Both the position numbers and the translations under genes were made by a program. Of a stretch of 64,000 nucleotides of DNA, positions 1 through 12,404 are shown in pieces. The stretch's first letter is position 1; every line of letters begins with the position of its first letter. The stretch comes from Candidatus Freyarchaeum deiterrae (GTDB taxonomy: Archaea; Asgardarchaeota; Jordiarchaeia; Jordiarchaeales; Jordiarchaeaceae): contig CP147778.1 of NCBI GenBank assembly GCA_037305845.1, positions 1,568,001 to 1,632,000 of the forward strand, written 5' to 3'. Below the pieces are notes generated by a model that worked only from the letters and a program-made list of their open reading frames with translations, was not told where the DNA came from and made no database searches.

Positions 1-53
1 ATATTAATAGGTTTTGTATAAAGTAGATATCAATGGTCATGGTATACACCAAT

Positions 54-482
54 TCATTTTTTTTCTTTCTTTATTTTATTTTCTTTAGAGCTTCTTATGT
101 CTAGAGTCTTCAATTTCTGCATAAGTTTTTCGTAACTATCATCCGTTTGAGTGTAACTGGTATATAGGTCTAGTGCTTCGGCAAGTCTTTTAGCTAAAAT
201 ATGATAGCAGGCTTTAATTTTTTTCCGTACAACTACGTTCAGGTAGAAATCATCACATGTACAATAAAAATCAGAAATTATTAGGTAATCCCTATTTTTA
301 CCAGAAACTATCCAAATCTGTTTATTGCTAGGTTTAAAAATGTGTTTTGTCACTTTTTTTTCTGTGATTGTTTTTAGAGCTTTCCACAGACGTTCCCCGA
401 AATTAGTCGCTAGCGTTTCTAGATTTTCCCCACTAATGCACTTGTTGGCGTAGATCTGTTCAATTATTTCCATAATTAGCAC
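54..482 (-). CDS. SWIM-type zinc-finger protein
   Basis: CTCDDF...ACYH (CxC-xn-CxH) motif in a 142-aa ORF. Confidence 0.7.
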   Translation of the reverse strand: MLIMEIIEQIYANKCISGENLETLATNFGERLWKALKTITEKKVTKHIFKPSNKQIWIVSGKNRDYLIISDFYCTCDDFYLNVVVRKKIKACYHILAKRLAEALDLYTSYTQTDDSYEKLMQKLKTLDIRSSKENKIKKEKK

Positions 483-727
483 CTAGCAAATTCTATCCCT
501 AACAAATAGTTAACACACTTTATAAAGGGAACATATTGCCCTTGTTAGCTCAGCTTTATTGCTAAAGTCTGCCTCCGCGATAATTTTTATAGATTTGTTG
601 AGACTGCGATTAACTATTGTTTAGAAAGGTTTTTCACCAAGGGTATTTTATGTATAGTCGTGAATTGTATTTAGAATCTTCTCCAATAATGTGAATGGTT
701 CTATTGCATTGAAAGAGGCGTTCTAGA

Positions 728-1579
728 TTGGTTCAGCCGGTTTTTCCCATTGTTGATGAACCTGCACTTCTTGTTAATTTTTCGGATAAAAAAATTTTAT
801 GTATTTCGGACTTGCACTTGGGTTACGAATTTCTTTTGGCACAAAAAGGAGTTGTAATTCCCTCACAAGCAGAAGAAATGAAGTATAGGATTTTAAATCT
901 AATAGAACGAACAAATGCGGATAACCTAATTATCATTGGAGATGTCAAACATAATATTTTCAGAGTTTCTCAAACGGAATGGCGGGGGGTTACAAGACTT
1001 CTAGAAGATATTTCAAAAAAAGTCGATGTTCAAATAACCTTAGGAAATCATGACACTAATCTTGATTTACTATTACCAAAAAATACCTTGGTTCATTCTT
1101 CAAAGGGATTCCTAATCGAGAATGATGATATTAAAATAGGATTTATTCACGGACATGCTTGGCCTAAACCTGATTTACTTCAAGCAGACTACATTATTAT
1201 TGGACATAATCATCCCGTAATTGAAATGAGGGATGAAATGGGGGGAAAGTGGTTTGAACGTGCATGGATAGAACTGAGGGGGAATAGAGAAAAATTCGCA
1301 TCTTCATTCGCTAATCACCTTGGCTCACGAGAGACTTCGAACACTGTAGAAGATTTGAAAAAGACATCTATTCAAATGGAATACACAAAAATCATTATAG
1401 TCCCAGCATTTAATTCCCTTTTAGGGGGGGTAGCACTTAACAGGCCAGACACAAAATTTCTTGGACCCATATTGTCGTCAAACATAGTAGAAAAAAACAC
1501 AGCCAAAGTTAAATTGTTAGATGGAACATATCTGGGAAGCTTAGAAAATTGTAGTAGTCTAGTTAGACAGAAGGAATAA
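728..1579 (+). CDS. Metallophosphoesterase (Lhr-associated, calcineurin-like)
   Basis: DLHLG, GDVKH, GNHD, HGH, GHNHP motifs; directly upstream of Lhr. Confidence 0.85.
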   Translation: MVQPVFPIVDEPALLVNFSDKKILCISDLHLGYEFLLAQKGVVIPSQAEEMKYRILNLIERTNADNLIIIGDVKHNIFRVSQTEWRGVTRLLEDISKKVDVQITLGNHDTNLDLLLPKNTLVHSSKGFLIENDDIKIGFIHGHAWPKPDLLQADYIIIGHNHPVIEMRDEMGGKWFERAWIELRGNREKFASSFANHLGSRETSNTVEDLKKTSIQMEYTKIIIVPAFNSLLGGVALNRPDTKFLGPILSSNIVEKNTAKVKLLDGTYLGSLENCSSLVRQKE

Positions 1580-1706
1580 GTGTTTTAATCAGCAAAAATA
1601 CATCCGAAATTCTTGATTATAAATACACATAATCTGAATTATTTTAATGTCAAAAAGTATTAATCTCACCGCGCGATTGTTTCGTTGACTTTTAGAGGTA
1701 TGATTT

Positions 1707-4577
1707 TTGGCGAACGCGTTTGATTTACTTTCTAGTGAAGTTAAGAATGTAATTCAGAAAAAGGGTTATTTAGAGGCGACTCCACCTCAGGTTCTAGCAA
1801 TCCCTCGAATTCTTAATGGGGAAAATGTTTTATTAGTCGCTCCCACAGGAAGCGGCAAAACAGAAGCGGTATTTTTCCCTATCTTCCATAAACTATTAGA
1901 ATTGCAGTCCAAAGAGAAAGGTATTTTTGTGTTGTACATCACACCTCTGCGAGCCTTGAACCGTGACATTTTGAAACGAATGGAGGAAATTGCTCAAGAA
2001 CTCGGTATTAAAATGTCCGTTAGACATGGAGATACAACCAGTTATGAGCGTATGAAGCAACTCCATGAACCACCATCTTTGCTAATAACAACACCTGAAA
2101 CTCTTCAAGCCATATTGCCCGCAAGAAAGATGGGTAAACATCTAAAGTGCTTACGTTTTGTGGTTGTAGATGAGATTCATGAACTTGTAACAGACGAGAG
2201 AGGTGCTCAACTCTCATTGGCAATTGAAAGGCTTCGTGAAATCACAAATCAGAATTTCCAGAGAATAGGACTTTCTGCCACAATAGGTAGCATACAAGAA
2301 GTGGCAAAATTTTTAGGAGGTACTGAAGAAGAGGTCAATATTATTTCGGCAAATGAGATGAGAGGTTTCCAAGTAAACGTTGAAACAGTTCCTCCAACTC
2401 CTGAAGATGTCGCTTTGTCTAAAAAACTTAGAACATCAGAAGAGGTTGTAGCTAAATTAAGGCGAATTAAAGAATTAATAGAGGAACACGGCTCGGTTCT
2501 AATTTTCGTCAATACTCGTGAAATGTCAGAGATTCTTGGTTCCAGACTTAGTCTTCTTAATCCAAGTTTCAACTTTGATATACATCATGGCTCACTTTCC
2601 AGAGAGATGAGAGTACAAGCAGAGGAAGATTTTAAAAAAGAAGAGATTAAAGCCGTTATTTGTACCTCTTCTCTCGAGTTAGGTATAGATGTGGGAACGA
2701 TCGACTACGTTATACAATATTTATCGCCCAGACAGGTAACACGTTTAGTTCAGAGAGTTGGTAGAAGTGGGCATAGAATAGGCCTAACCGCACGAGGAAC
2801 AATACTTTCAACGGGCTTAGACGATACCTGCGAATCAGGGGTTATCGCAAAAGATGCTATTAACAACAATTTGGAAAGCGTAATTACGCACAGTATGGCG
2901 CTTGATGTGTTGGCTCACCAAATTGCGGGAGTACTTCTAGATAAGGGTGATACAACCATACAGGAACTTCAAAATATTTTCAGGAGATCTTGGCTCTATA
3001 GAGACATTGATTATGAAACAATTTATGACGTTGCAAATTTGATGAAAGAACTATGGCTCATTAGACTGGAGGGGGATAATCTAAGTAGAAGAGTAAGAAC
3101 ATGGAAGTACTACTATGAAAATCTCTCCATGATTCCTGATGTTAAACATTATAAAATATTTGATATAATATCAGGGAAAAATATTGGAACATTGGACGAA
3201 GAGTTCGTTTCTACAAAAGCAGAAAAAGGACTAAAATTCATTATTCATGGGCAACCATGGAAAATAGTGAGCATCGAGGAGGATAGAATAAATGTGGAGA
3301 GAGTTAACAGCATACTGGGTGCGGTGCCTTCTTGGGTAGGCGAACTTATACCTGTTCCCTTCGCGGTTGCCCAGAAGGTGGGGAAGCTTAGAGAGAGTAT
3401 GGTTAACTGGTTTAATCAGAATGATTCTGATCCCTTTGAGGGCTATCCAATAAGTGAAGAAGCTAAAAAGATGGTGGTAGAAAAAATTAAGGAACAATTG
3501 GAAATTGTAGAGGAGGTACCAACACATGATAGAATCCTAATAGAAAGCGCGGGAGAATTCGTCGTTATACATGCTTGTTTTGGGAGTAATGTTAATGAAA
3601 CTTTAGGTAGAGTAATCTCAGATCTTATAACAACACGTATAGGGGCTTCCATTGGTATGAGAAGTACTCCATACTACATACTTTTTCAAGTACCCAAGAA
3701 TATAGATCCAGAAATAGTTACTAGTGTGTTAGGAGAACTGGATCCAGAACTCATTTATCATATATTGAAAATAACTCTTAAAAGATCAAACTTGTACCAG
3801 TATCGACTTACATACGTTGCAAAAAGGTTTGGAGCCGTTGAGAAGAACAGAGAAGGCTATCAGATTAGTCCCCGAAAACTTGCAAAAATATTTAGCGATA
3901 CACCTATAGAAGATGAAACCATAAGGGAACTACTTACGGAAAAACTCGATGTTAAGGAGACAGAAAATGTTCTAAAGTCGATAAAAGATGGAAGAATTCA
4001 AGTCAACTTCATCAAAAGTGAAAAACCCAGCCCACTCACCGAAATGGCTATACAATGGGAAGCCAGAGAAATCGTTTCCCCCGAAATCCCCATCTCTGAG
4101 CTACTAAAGACAGTAAAGGAACGTTTGCTGAACAAAAGAGTCAAGCTTGTGTGCGTGTGGGCGCCTTGTGAGGGGTGGGAAACTGTTAGAACTGTGGAAA
4201 CACTGCCTGAACAACCACAGTGCCCGAAATGCAAATCACGCTTATTAGCGGTAGTGTCTCCAGAAGACGCGGAATTTGTTAGAATACTAAAAATTAGAAA
4301 ACGCGGAGAGAAACTTTCAAAGGAAGAAGAAAAAATATTAGAGAGAGGCATTAAAACCGCTAATTTAGTAATCAATTACGGAAAACGAGCCATAATTTGC
4401 CTAGCGGGGAGAGGAGTAGGCCCAACGACAGCTAACCGCATTTTTTCTAAGGAGCTAAAAACGGAAAACGATTTGTACCGGGCAATTCTTGATGCGGAAA
4501 AAGAATTTGTAAGAACGAGAGAGTTTTGGGACAAAAAGCCTAATAATCTAAACAAGATCATCGGGAGAAGTAAATGA
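1707..4577 (+). CDS. lhr: Lhr-family SF2 DEAD/DEAH helicase
   Basis: APTGSGKT, PLRALNRD, DEIHE, SAT, HHGSLS, SSLELGID, QRVGRSGH; C-terminal Zn-finger region. Confidence 0.92.
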   Translation: MANAFDLLSSEVKNVIQKKGYLEATPPQVLAIPRILNGENVLLVAPTGSGKTEAVFFPIFHKLLELQSKEKGIFVLYITPLRALNRDILKRMEEIAQELGIKMSVRHGDTTSYERMKQLHEPPSLLITTPETLQAILPARKMGKHLKCLRFVVVDEIHELVTDERGAQLSLAIERLREITNQNFQRIGLSATIGSIQEVAKFLGGTEEEVNIISANEMRGFQVNVETVPPTPEDVALSKKLRTSEEVVAKLRRIKELIEEHGSVLIFVNTREMSEILGSRLSLLNPSFNFDIHHGSLSREMRVQAEEDFKKEEIKAVICTSSLELGIDVGTIDYVIQYLSPRQVTRLVQRVGRSGHRIGLTARGTILSTGLDDTCESGVIAKDAINNNLESVITHSMALDVLAHQIAGVLLDKGDTTIQELQNIFRRSWLYRDIDYETIYDVANLMKELWLIRLEGDNLSRRVRTWKYYYENLSMIPDVKHYKIFDIISGKNIGTLDEEFVSTKAEKGLKFIIHGQPWKIVSIEEDRINVERVNSILGAVPSWVGELIPVPFAVAQKVGKLRESMVNWFNQNDSDPFEGYPISEEAKKMVVEKIKEQLEIVEEVPTHDRILIESAGEFVVIHACFGSNVNETLGRVISDLITTRIGASIGMRSTPYYILFQVPKNIDPEIVTSVLGELDPELIYHILKITLKRSNLYQYRLTYVAKRFGAVEKNREGYQISPRKLAKIFSDTPIEDETIRELLTEKLDVKETENVLKSIKDGRIQVNFIKSEKPSPLTEMAIQWEAREIVSPEIPISELLKTVKERLLNKRVKLVCVWAPCEGWETVRTVETLPEQPQCPKCKSRLLAVVSPEDAEFVRILKIRKRGEKLSKEEEKILERGIKTANLVINYGKRAIICLAGRGVGPTTANRIFSKELKTENDLYRAILDAEKEFVRTREFWDKKPNNLNKIIGRSK

Positions 4578-4617
4578 ACTAAGTTTCTGGAAACGGATAG
4601 TAGAGGATTAGAGAGAA

Positions 4618-5604
<987 letters not shown>

Positions 5605-5661
5605 TTAACTATTGGAAATTCGAAGAGGCAGTGAAATTAGTATTTAAAGGAATTCGACTTT

Positions 5662-6666
5662 TTATACGGAATTATTGGAATTTCTGTAGAAAAGAATGTT
5701 TTCGTTCTCTATAGTTGTAGATATTTTTCCTTCACTTTTTAGGTATTCCAGGTGCGCTAACGTTTCGAAGGTGGCTAGTCTTCGATCCAAATTCTGAAGC
5801 TTATTCCAAGAGCCTGCGTGCCAAGTGATTTCTTGCGCGATTTGATAACCGGTTTTAGGAGTTTTTATAACACTCGAAATTTCTTCAAGCCTCTTTTCAT
5901 GATGTTCTTTTATCTCTAAGAGTCTTTTTTTAAAATTTTTAAATGTATACTCATGAGCTGGAAGTGCACTTTTCACTTTGAGGTTACTGACTTTTTTGAG
6001 AGATTCCAAGTAATCCTTTAATGGATTTCCTGAATCTTTCGTTTGAAGACTAATGTTAGGAGTTATAACGGGTAATACATGATCACCAGAAAAAATAAAT
6101 TTTTTAGAAGGCTCGTAGAGACAAATATGGTCCGGTGTGTGCCCCGGAGTAAAAATAACCTCGAAGTTAAAATTACCCAAATCTAAATTTTCACCATCAG
6201 TAAGAAGATTATCAGGTTCAGGTGGTTCGAAAAATCTTATTGTGGACACACTTTGTTTTATCAGGCCTTCTAGTTCACTGTCAGGGGTTCCGTTTATTTT
6301 TAACCATTCTATGATTTTACTAAAATAGGCAGAAGTATTTTTTGATTGCTTTACGAGTTCATTCGTTTTAGTGTACACTAAAATTTTTGCCTTAGATATC
6401 TTTCGTATTTTATCAGCCAAACCAAAATGGTCTGGATGAAGATGAGTTACCAAAATTAAAGATATGTCAGCCAAGTTCACGTTAATTTCGGAAAGTTGTT
6501 TTTCAAGAACACCAAAGGTTTCCGTTGAATTCCAACCAGGATCTATTAGCAAATATTCGTTTTTACCTGTTACGAGGTATGATAACGAATAAGACAAATC
6601 AAAAGAGGGGAGTGGTAGTTTAATTTGATAGATTCCTTCGAATATCATTTTCGATTTCTCTGACAA
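5662..6666 (-). CDS. Metallo-beta-lactamase fold hydrolase
   Basis: THLHPDHFG, PGHT, SGDH, PAH motifs. Confidence 0.9.
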   Translation of the reverse strand: MSEKSKMIFEGIYQIKLPLPSFDLSYSLSYLVTGKNEYLLIDPGWNSTETFGVLEKQLSEINVNLADISLILVTHLHPDHFGLADKIRKISKAKILVYTKTNELVKQSKNTSAYFSKIIEWLKINGTPDSELEGLIKQSVSTIRFFEPPEPDNLLTDGENLDLGNFNFEVIFTPGHTPDHICLYEPSKKFIFSGDHVLPVITPNISLQTKDSGNPLKDYLESLKKVSNLKVKSALPAHEYTFKNFKKRLLEIKEHHEKRLEEISSVIKTPKTGYQIAQEITWHAGSWNKLQNLDRRLATFETLAHLEYLKSEGKISTTIENENILFYRNSNNSV

Positions 6667-6908
6667 TTGTTCTGATTTTATTTCAATTTTCTTAAGATAA
6701 GATTTAAATTATTTAAATTTTTTGAAAAAAGTTCTATAAGCAGGTTAAAAGCTAATTGGGTTGGCTATCTTTTTTTTATTTTCTTTTAGATTCTAATCAC
6801 ATTTTAAGCAATATTAAATTATTAACCTTAAAATATGGAATTCCGTATAATGTATTTCTATCTATAATAAAACATTTTAATTTCGTTTACTTTGAGTTAT
6901 AGTTAGAA

Positions 6909-7262
6909 GTGATTTACTTGAGTGATGAAAATATTAAGAAAATGGCAGACCTACTGCGGCGAGGCGCTTCCCTCCTCTCTCAGAGTTGTCCTCAGTGTGG
7001 GTCGCCTCTCTTCAAAATTAAGGACGAGATATATTGCCCTACTTGTGGAAAAAGGGTGATAATTGTTAAGGAGGGCGAGCCGATTCCCTCGAATGTTGAG
7101 GGGAGTACTTTATCTGATGTATCAAGTGTTCTGCATAATAAACTGCGAGAAACTGTAGAATCTATAAAAAACGAAACTGATCCTAGTAGACTACAAGAAT
7201 TGCTTAGAATTATTACTGGGATATTAGACGCTCTGGAGCGTCTTAGACGGATTTCTCAGTAG
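6909..7262 (+). CDS. UPF0148/autoantigen p27-like Zn-ribbon protein
   Basis: MADLLRRGA..L..CPQCGSPLF...YCPTC signature. Confidence 0.85.
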   Translation: MIYLSDENIKKMADLLRRGASLLSQSCPQCGSPLFKIKDEIYCPTCGKRVIIVKEGEPIPSNVEGSTLSDVSSVLHNKLRETVESIKNETDPSRLQELLRIITGILDALERLRRISQ

Positions 7263-9537
7263 ATGGGTTATTATCAAGGTATTTGGAAGTTATAACCTTC
7301 CTTATTTTTTCCGCTTTCTTTTTACCAAGCCCCTTAACCTCGGAGAGCCCTTCTTCACTCGTTGTGAAAATCGCCTCTAGCGTGTTAAAAGTATCAAGCA
7401 GCCTTTTTGATAATATTTGATCCACTCCTGGAAGCCCTGTTAGGACTCGTTCTTGTACATCTTTCAAGCTTCCAGGGGTCTTCTCAGCAACGTAAATTCT
7501 TGTTTCTCTTTCTGTTTGTTCTCTTCGAGCTACTGTATGTATCATTCTTGCGGTTTCCTGGGAGTTTGATGTCCATATTATTGGTAACCTAAAATCATTG
7601 GCCACACTTATTAGTGCACCTCTGATGGCTTCTGGATGTATTGCGCGTCTTCCATACAAATCCTGCCCCTCTATAATAAGTAGGGGTTTTTCGTACTTCG
7701 ACGTGATTTCTTTAACTTGTGGGAATAGTCTTTTATCGACTATTGATTGTAAGAAGTCTTCGGCTGTTTTCCGTTCTATGGCAACGCTTTCTGAGACGAG
7801 ATAATCCGCAACCTGTAACTGCATCGGAACAATTTTGACGTTTAATCTTGTGAGTTCCCGTACAACATCAGAACCGATTTCTCGATTATCTACATAAACA
7901 ACTATTTTTTCTTCTTCCTTTTCTTCTTCTTTTCCTTCTTGTAGATAGTTTTCTAATTTGATCTGCTGTTTATCTGCTTCTTTTGCAGGTTCCAATTGTT
8001 TTTTAGCCATACTTTTTATGGTACTTCTCATTTCTTGTTCCTTTTTCTTTGCCGACCAGTAATAAGCTTCATCTCTTGTTCCCTTTGTAATAAGTAATGC
8101 TACACGCCCAGGTCTTTTTCTACCTGTTCTTCCTCTTCTCTGTATGTACCTTATGGCACTTGGTACTGTTTCATAAAATACGACCAAGTCGCATTCGCTA
8201 ATGTCCAAGCCTTCTTCAGCAACACTGGTAGCGACTAAGACATTATAAACACCTTGTTTGAATTTGTCAATAATTTCTGCCTGTTGTTTTTGGGATAGTC
8301 CTTTGTCTCCGATTTTGTTTGATTGACCTACGAATCTTTCTACGCGGTATTCTTCTCCTTGTAAAATTTCACTTATTTTACTTGCAGAGTCTCTATACTG
8401 GGTAAAAATTATTATTCTTGAGTTTGCTTTTTCAGAGAGTTGTTCCTTAACTATTTGAAGCATTTTTTCGATTTTGGGGTGTTTTACTTGGCTTTCAATC
8501 AGATTCTTTATTTTAACTCGTGCGATGACGACATCGTCGTCCATAAGTAAATTCTTAATCCCTTTGGGAGAACCAGTTATTTTTGTTCTCTCCTCCAACT
8601 TGTAAAAAAAGTTTTGGAGGGCTTCCAAACCCTGCGTTTCCAAAAGTTCAAGTGCATGAGATAGTCTTATGGCGGCTGCAACTTTAGCCATTAATTCGAA
8701 TGCTTCTGGCGGGTTCTCCCTACCTTTTGCTAATTGATTTTGAATTTGTATTAATTGCTTTCTAGAAATTGTTTTAGTGTTATAAGATTCAATGAGCCCT
8801 TTTTCTTTTATGGTTTTTAAGCGGTTTGCAAGAGCGGTTTCTAAAATTTTTTTAATTTCCAAAATGCTTGGAGGAAGACTAACTAATATCCAATCCATTT
8901 TAATTTCCATTACATAGGGAAGTACATCAGGGCTTTTCTCTGTTCTGATTTCAATGTTACTTACACCAAGATTTTTACAAACCTCTTCTATCTTTTCTCT
9001 CTCGACCCCGGGTGATGCAGTCAACCCCAGAATCAAAGGTTTGTTGGCTTGTTTTAAATATTGTTCTGCGACAAAAACATATGAATAGTTTCCAACCGCT
9101 CTATGCGCTTCGTCTAATATTAGAAGAGCACATTTTTTGAGATCAACTCTACCAGTAATTATATCATTTTCCACAATTTGTGGTGTAGCCAAAACGACTT
9201 TTGCGTTCCTCCATTTTTCTATCCTTCCTTCGGGGGGAACTTCACCAGTAAAAACCACGATCTCTTTTTCATCCACGTTTAAAATGGATTTAAAAGTTTC
9301 AGCATGTTGAAGCGCTAGAGGTCGAGATGGCGCCAAAAAAATTACAAATGTATCATTAAACATCTGAAGACGGAAAGCAGTAATCATACCCGCAATTAAT
9401 GTCTTGCCTAGGCCTGTGGGGAGTATAACAAGAGAATTTTTGTCAACACAACTCGCTGTAATAGTTTCTTGGTAGAGCCTCTGTTCGATGGCATTCTCTC
9501 TAAGATATGGATGATTGATGTATTTTTTTTCCTCCAT
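7243..9537 (-). CDS. hef: Hef (FANCM/XPF-like helicase plus ERCC4 nuclease)
   Basis: LPTGLGKT, DEAH, TASPG, QRRGRTGR; ERCC4 domain with ADY...IERKT; C-terminal HhH. Confidence 0.93.
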   Translation of the reverse strand: MEEKKYINHPYLRENAIEQRLYQETITASCVDKNSLVILPTGLGKTLIAGMITAFRLQMFNDTFVIFLAPSRPLALQHAETFKSILNVDEKEIVVFTGEVPPEGRIEKWRNAKVVLATPQIVENDIITGRVDLKKCALLILDEAHRAVGNYSYVFVAEQYLKQANKPLILGLTASPGVEREKIEEVCKNLGVSNIEIRTEKSPDVLPYVMEIKMDWILVSLPPSILEIKKILETALANRLKTIKEKGLIESYNTKTISRKQLIQIQNQLAKGRENPPEAFELMAKVAAAIRLSHALELLETQGLEALQNFFYKLEERTKITGSPKGIKNLLMDDDVVIARVKIKNLIESQVKHPKIEKMLQIVKEQLSEKANSRIIIFTQYRDSASKISEILQGEEYRVERFVGQSNKIGDKGLSQKQQAEIIDKFKQGVYNVLVATSVAEEGLDISECDLVVFYETVPSAIRYIQRRGRTGRKRPGRVALLITKGTRDEAYYWSAKKKEQEMRSTIKSMAKKQLEPAKEADKQQIKLENYLQEGKEEEKEEEKIVVYVDNREIGSDVVRELTRLNVKIVPMQLQVADYLVSESVAIERKTAEDFLQSIVDKRLFPQVKEITSKYEKPLLIIEGQDLYGRRAIHPEAIRGALISVANDFRLPIIWTSNSQETARMIHTVARREQTERETRIYVAEKTPGSLKDVQERVLTGLPGVDQILSKRLLDTFNTLEAIFTTSEEGLSEVKGLGKKKAEKIRKVITSKYLDNNPSTEKSV

Positions 9538-9891
9538 TTATATCAACATTCCAATGAGGCTTATAAAACAGAGTTACTCGGTGTAACTTGTAATTTTCGT
9601 AGTTTTAACTACTTCTGACTTTTTAAACCTCTCTAGTTTAAGGATTGAATTTCTTTTTGCTTGTTATTTAGGTATAAAGAAAATCGAATTATTCTATAAT
9701 TTTAGTGGAGCTGAGGTTAAAAATAGGAAGCGTTTTTAAACTAGAGGATTCTCCTAATGTAGCTCAACACTTATATTACAGGGGATATTTCTATCTATTA
9801 TCTGAGTATTACTACATAATATTACTTTCTTCAGAAGAGGGAAAAATAGTTAAAGCATGCAAACTTATTATTTAAATTACTTATCTTTAGA

Positions 9892-10248
9892 ATGATGGAG
9901 GTAGTACGAGTGGTTCAAGATGAGCTAACCCCAGGTGCGGAATCAGAACTATATGAGCTAATAATACCCGGTCAACTGGTTGGAAAAGTAGTTGTAGACT
10001 CTGCGGCCCGTATGGTGGGAATTATTAGAAGTATACGTGTCAGCCTTCCTCCGCTTCGAGTCGAATTAGTGATTAAAGGATTAGAAGTTGAATTCCCAAT
10101 CGACGTGTCCAACGTTACCGCCGTGGGCTCTGTAGTGCAGCTAAAGAATGTAGCAAAGGAGGCAGAAACCGTTGAGCTTAGAGATGTGCAGCGGCTGCGT
10201 AAAGAGCTTGTAGAAGAGATACGTTCGATTGTGGGAAAGGCACCATGA
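9892..10248 (+). CDS. PRC-barrel-like protein
   Basis: LVGKVVVDS..RMVGII pattern and IDVSNVTAVGSVV. Confidence 0.55.
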   Translation: MMEVVRVVQDELTPGAESELYELIIPGQLVGKVVVDSAARMVGIIRSIRVSLPPLRVELVIKGLEVEFPIDVSNVTAVGSVVQLKNVAKEAETVELRDVQRLRKELVEEIRSIVGKAP

Positions 10249-10261
10249 TTATGTTTATTTT

Positions 10262-12202
10262 TTAGTGATTAGCGTACAAAGCACTGCAGGGAGCCTCCAA
10301 ACAATGTGAACAGTGGATGCATTTATTTTCAATAATTTTCAACCTTCCACCTTTTAACGAAAATGCATTACAAGAGCTAAACCACGGGATACATGAGCCG
10401 CACCCTAGGCATCTCATTGCCCTAATGATGGTTGAAGTCACATTTTCGCAGATTTTCTCTGCCTTTTCAGCATCTTTTGTTCTTAACACAAGATTGCCAT
10501 CTTGAAAAATATCACAAAATGAATCCTTCATATCTATTTTAATAGTTCCTAATTCTGGTGCATAAGTCACTTTTCCTAAAATGTTTGAAAGATTGGCAAT
10601 TAGCTCCATGTCAAAAGCACTATTAAACACCACTTGCAAGCAGGTTTCTTCTGATTTAGGATCTGACGGTGTAATTTCAATTTCAAAGCGAAGTTTTTCT
10701 TTTGTGAGGGGTCTTTCTTTGATAGTTTCACTTATTTTAAGCTCTTTCATAAGTTTTAGTTGTCCATCTGGGAGGTTTTTCCATCTCCAAAAGCCATATT
10801 CTATCCATTCTTTTGGAAAATTGTACTTTTTCCTCCATTTTTCAAGCGCTTTTTGCAATTTATCCCATAGTTCGGGGTGTTCCTTCTTGAGCATTTCAAA
10901 TTCTGCTAATTTTGATGCAGGGCATGGCCAACATCCTATTCTGACAAGCCCTTTCTCATACAGAGGGTTGAAGGGAACTTTTTGTTGAAAAATGTAAAGC
11001 CAAACATGTAAAGCAGTCCAGTCTTGTATTGGTGTGGCTGATATCTGATTTGGAACCCAAGGATTTACGCTTACTCTTTTTTCTTTGGCTCTGGTTTCTG
11101 ATTCGTATCTCCTTTGACCGATAAATGTTACACAACCGTTTGGGAAATTTTCTTCAATTAATAGGCTGGTCGGCCCAAGTTTGACACTTTTACAGCATAT
11201 CCTATAGTCTCGTCCAGGTGGGCCGAATTTTTCTGTTAAATTCCAAAAAGTGTTTGGGTCTACTTTCTTTTCTAAAAGTTTTTCGGTGAGCCCCAATTTC
11301 TCTAAAACGCAGTGTGTGTAATCGGTGGTTTCCTTGAATTCTACTCCTGTATCTACGAACAATATCTGGAAGTTATCTCCTAAGGCTTTCATGGTTAATA
11401 GAAGTGTTACCAGCGAATCTTTTCCTCCAGAGAAAGCAACTGTTGAAGGTTTATCATAGGATTTAGAGACATTGCGAATAAAATTTACTGCATTTTGCTC
11501 GTATATTCTTAAAATTTCTTCATTGGCTTTAACAGCATCTTCCCAGTTTTGACCTCCCTTAAGTAAAAATAGCTCTCCTGGTGGCCCGTGCTCTCTTGGT
11601 TTAAGTACGGTTCCTTTTCTTTTCATCAGTATATCGGCGGCGTCTCTTTTCACAGTCCCCGTAGCTATAACTTCGTTCTCGGGGGAAAGGACTATGGCAT
11701 GATCATTTTTTTTAATGTCCTTACTACAATCAATTACGCCGGGTCCTAAAATGTTGGCGCCTTCAATAATAGGTTTTATGGCGCCCGTATCAATTTTTAT
11801 CCACTTGCTACTACCGGCTTTCCAAAGTCTTCTTGCGCCTATCAGTTTAGGGAAGAATTGCCAACTTTTGGAAGAAGGTTCAAATCGAATATTACCTATA
11901 ACCTTTCCATCAATTATTATCTCGTCCATATGGTCCGAGTAAGAGACCTTGTTTAGTAGAATAACCTTATCATCCGGAATCAATTGTTCTCCGATTTTTT
12001 CGCCGTATTGTTCGTCGATTACTCTTCTTATTAATTGTATTTCTTTTCTAAAACCTGGACGGATGTCACCTGGTGGAGATATTTGAACTTTCTTAGCTTT
12101 GTTTCCACAAATTTGGCATGGCGTTTCATCCAAGAGTGGTAAATTACAAGAAATACACCAGCCTAGCTTAATCTTTCCAAGGTAAATGGATCTTTTGCTC
12201 AA
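10262..12202 (-). CDS. PAPS reductase-family protein with PUA and 4Fe-4S domains
   Basis: N-terminal Zn ribbon, PUA domain, FSGGKDS, CC..K, RIGCWPCP, C-terminal CxxCxxC motifs. Confidence 0.88.
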   Translation of the reverse strand: MSKRSIYLGKIKLGWCISCNLPLLDETPCQICGNKAKKVQISPPGDIRPGFRKEIQLIRRVIDEQYGEKIGEQLIPDDKVILLNKVSYSDHMDEIIIDGKVIGNIRFEPSSKSWQFFPKLIGARRLWKAGSSKWIKIDTGAIKPIIEGANILGPGVIDCSKDIKKNDHAIVLSPENEVIATGTVKRDAADILMKRKGTVLKPREHGPPGELFLLKGGQNWEDAVKANEEILRIYEQNAVNFIRNVSKSYDKPSTVAFSGGKDSLVTLLLTMKALGDNFQILFVDTGVEFKETTDYTHCVLEKLGLTEKLLEKKVDPNTFWNLTEKFGPPGRDYRICCKSVKLGPTSLLIEENFPNGCVTFIGQRRYESETRAKEKRVSVNPWVPNQISATPIQDWTALHVWLYIFQQKVPFNPLYEKGLVRIGCWPCPASKLAEFEMLKKEHPELWDKLQKALEKWRKKYNFPKEWIEYGFWRWKNLPDGQLKLMKELKISETIKERPLTKEKLRFEIEITPSDPKSEETCLQVVFNSAFDMELIANLSNILGKVTYAPELGTIKIDMKDSFCDIFQDGNLVLRTKDAEKAEKICENVTSTIIRAMRCLGCGSCIPWFSSCNAFSLKGGRLKIIENKCIHCSHCLEAPCSALYANH

Positions 12203-12404
12203 AATTTTAACCTTCTATTTTTGAAAGTGGGATAAAGTTTTGACGGTTCACATCTAAAAGTTTGACAATTGACTTTTTAAAAGTTTCAGAAACGAGTTAA
12301 ACTACTAAATGATAATCAACATTATTTTTAAAAATTATTTTCATTTTTTGACTATTTTGCAACTATATTCAGAAAAAAAGAAATTAAAGAAAAAGTAAAC
12401 CTTC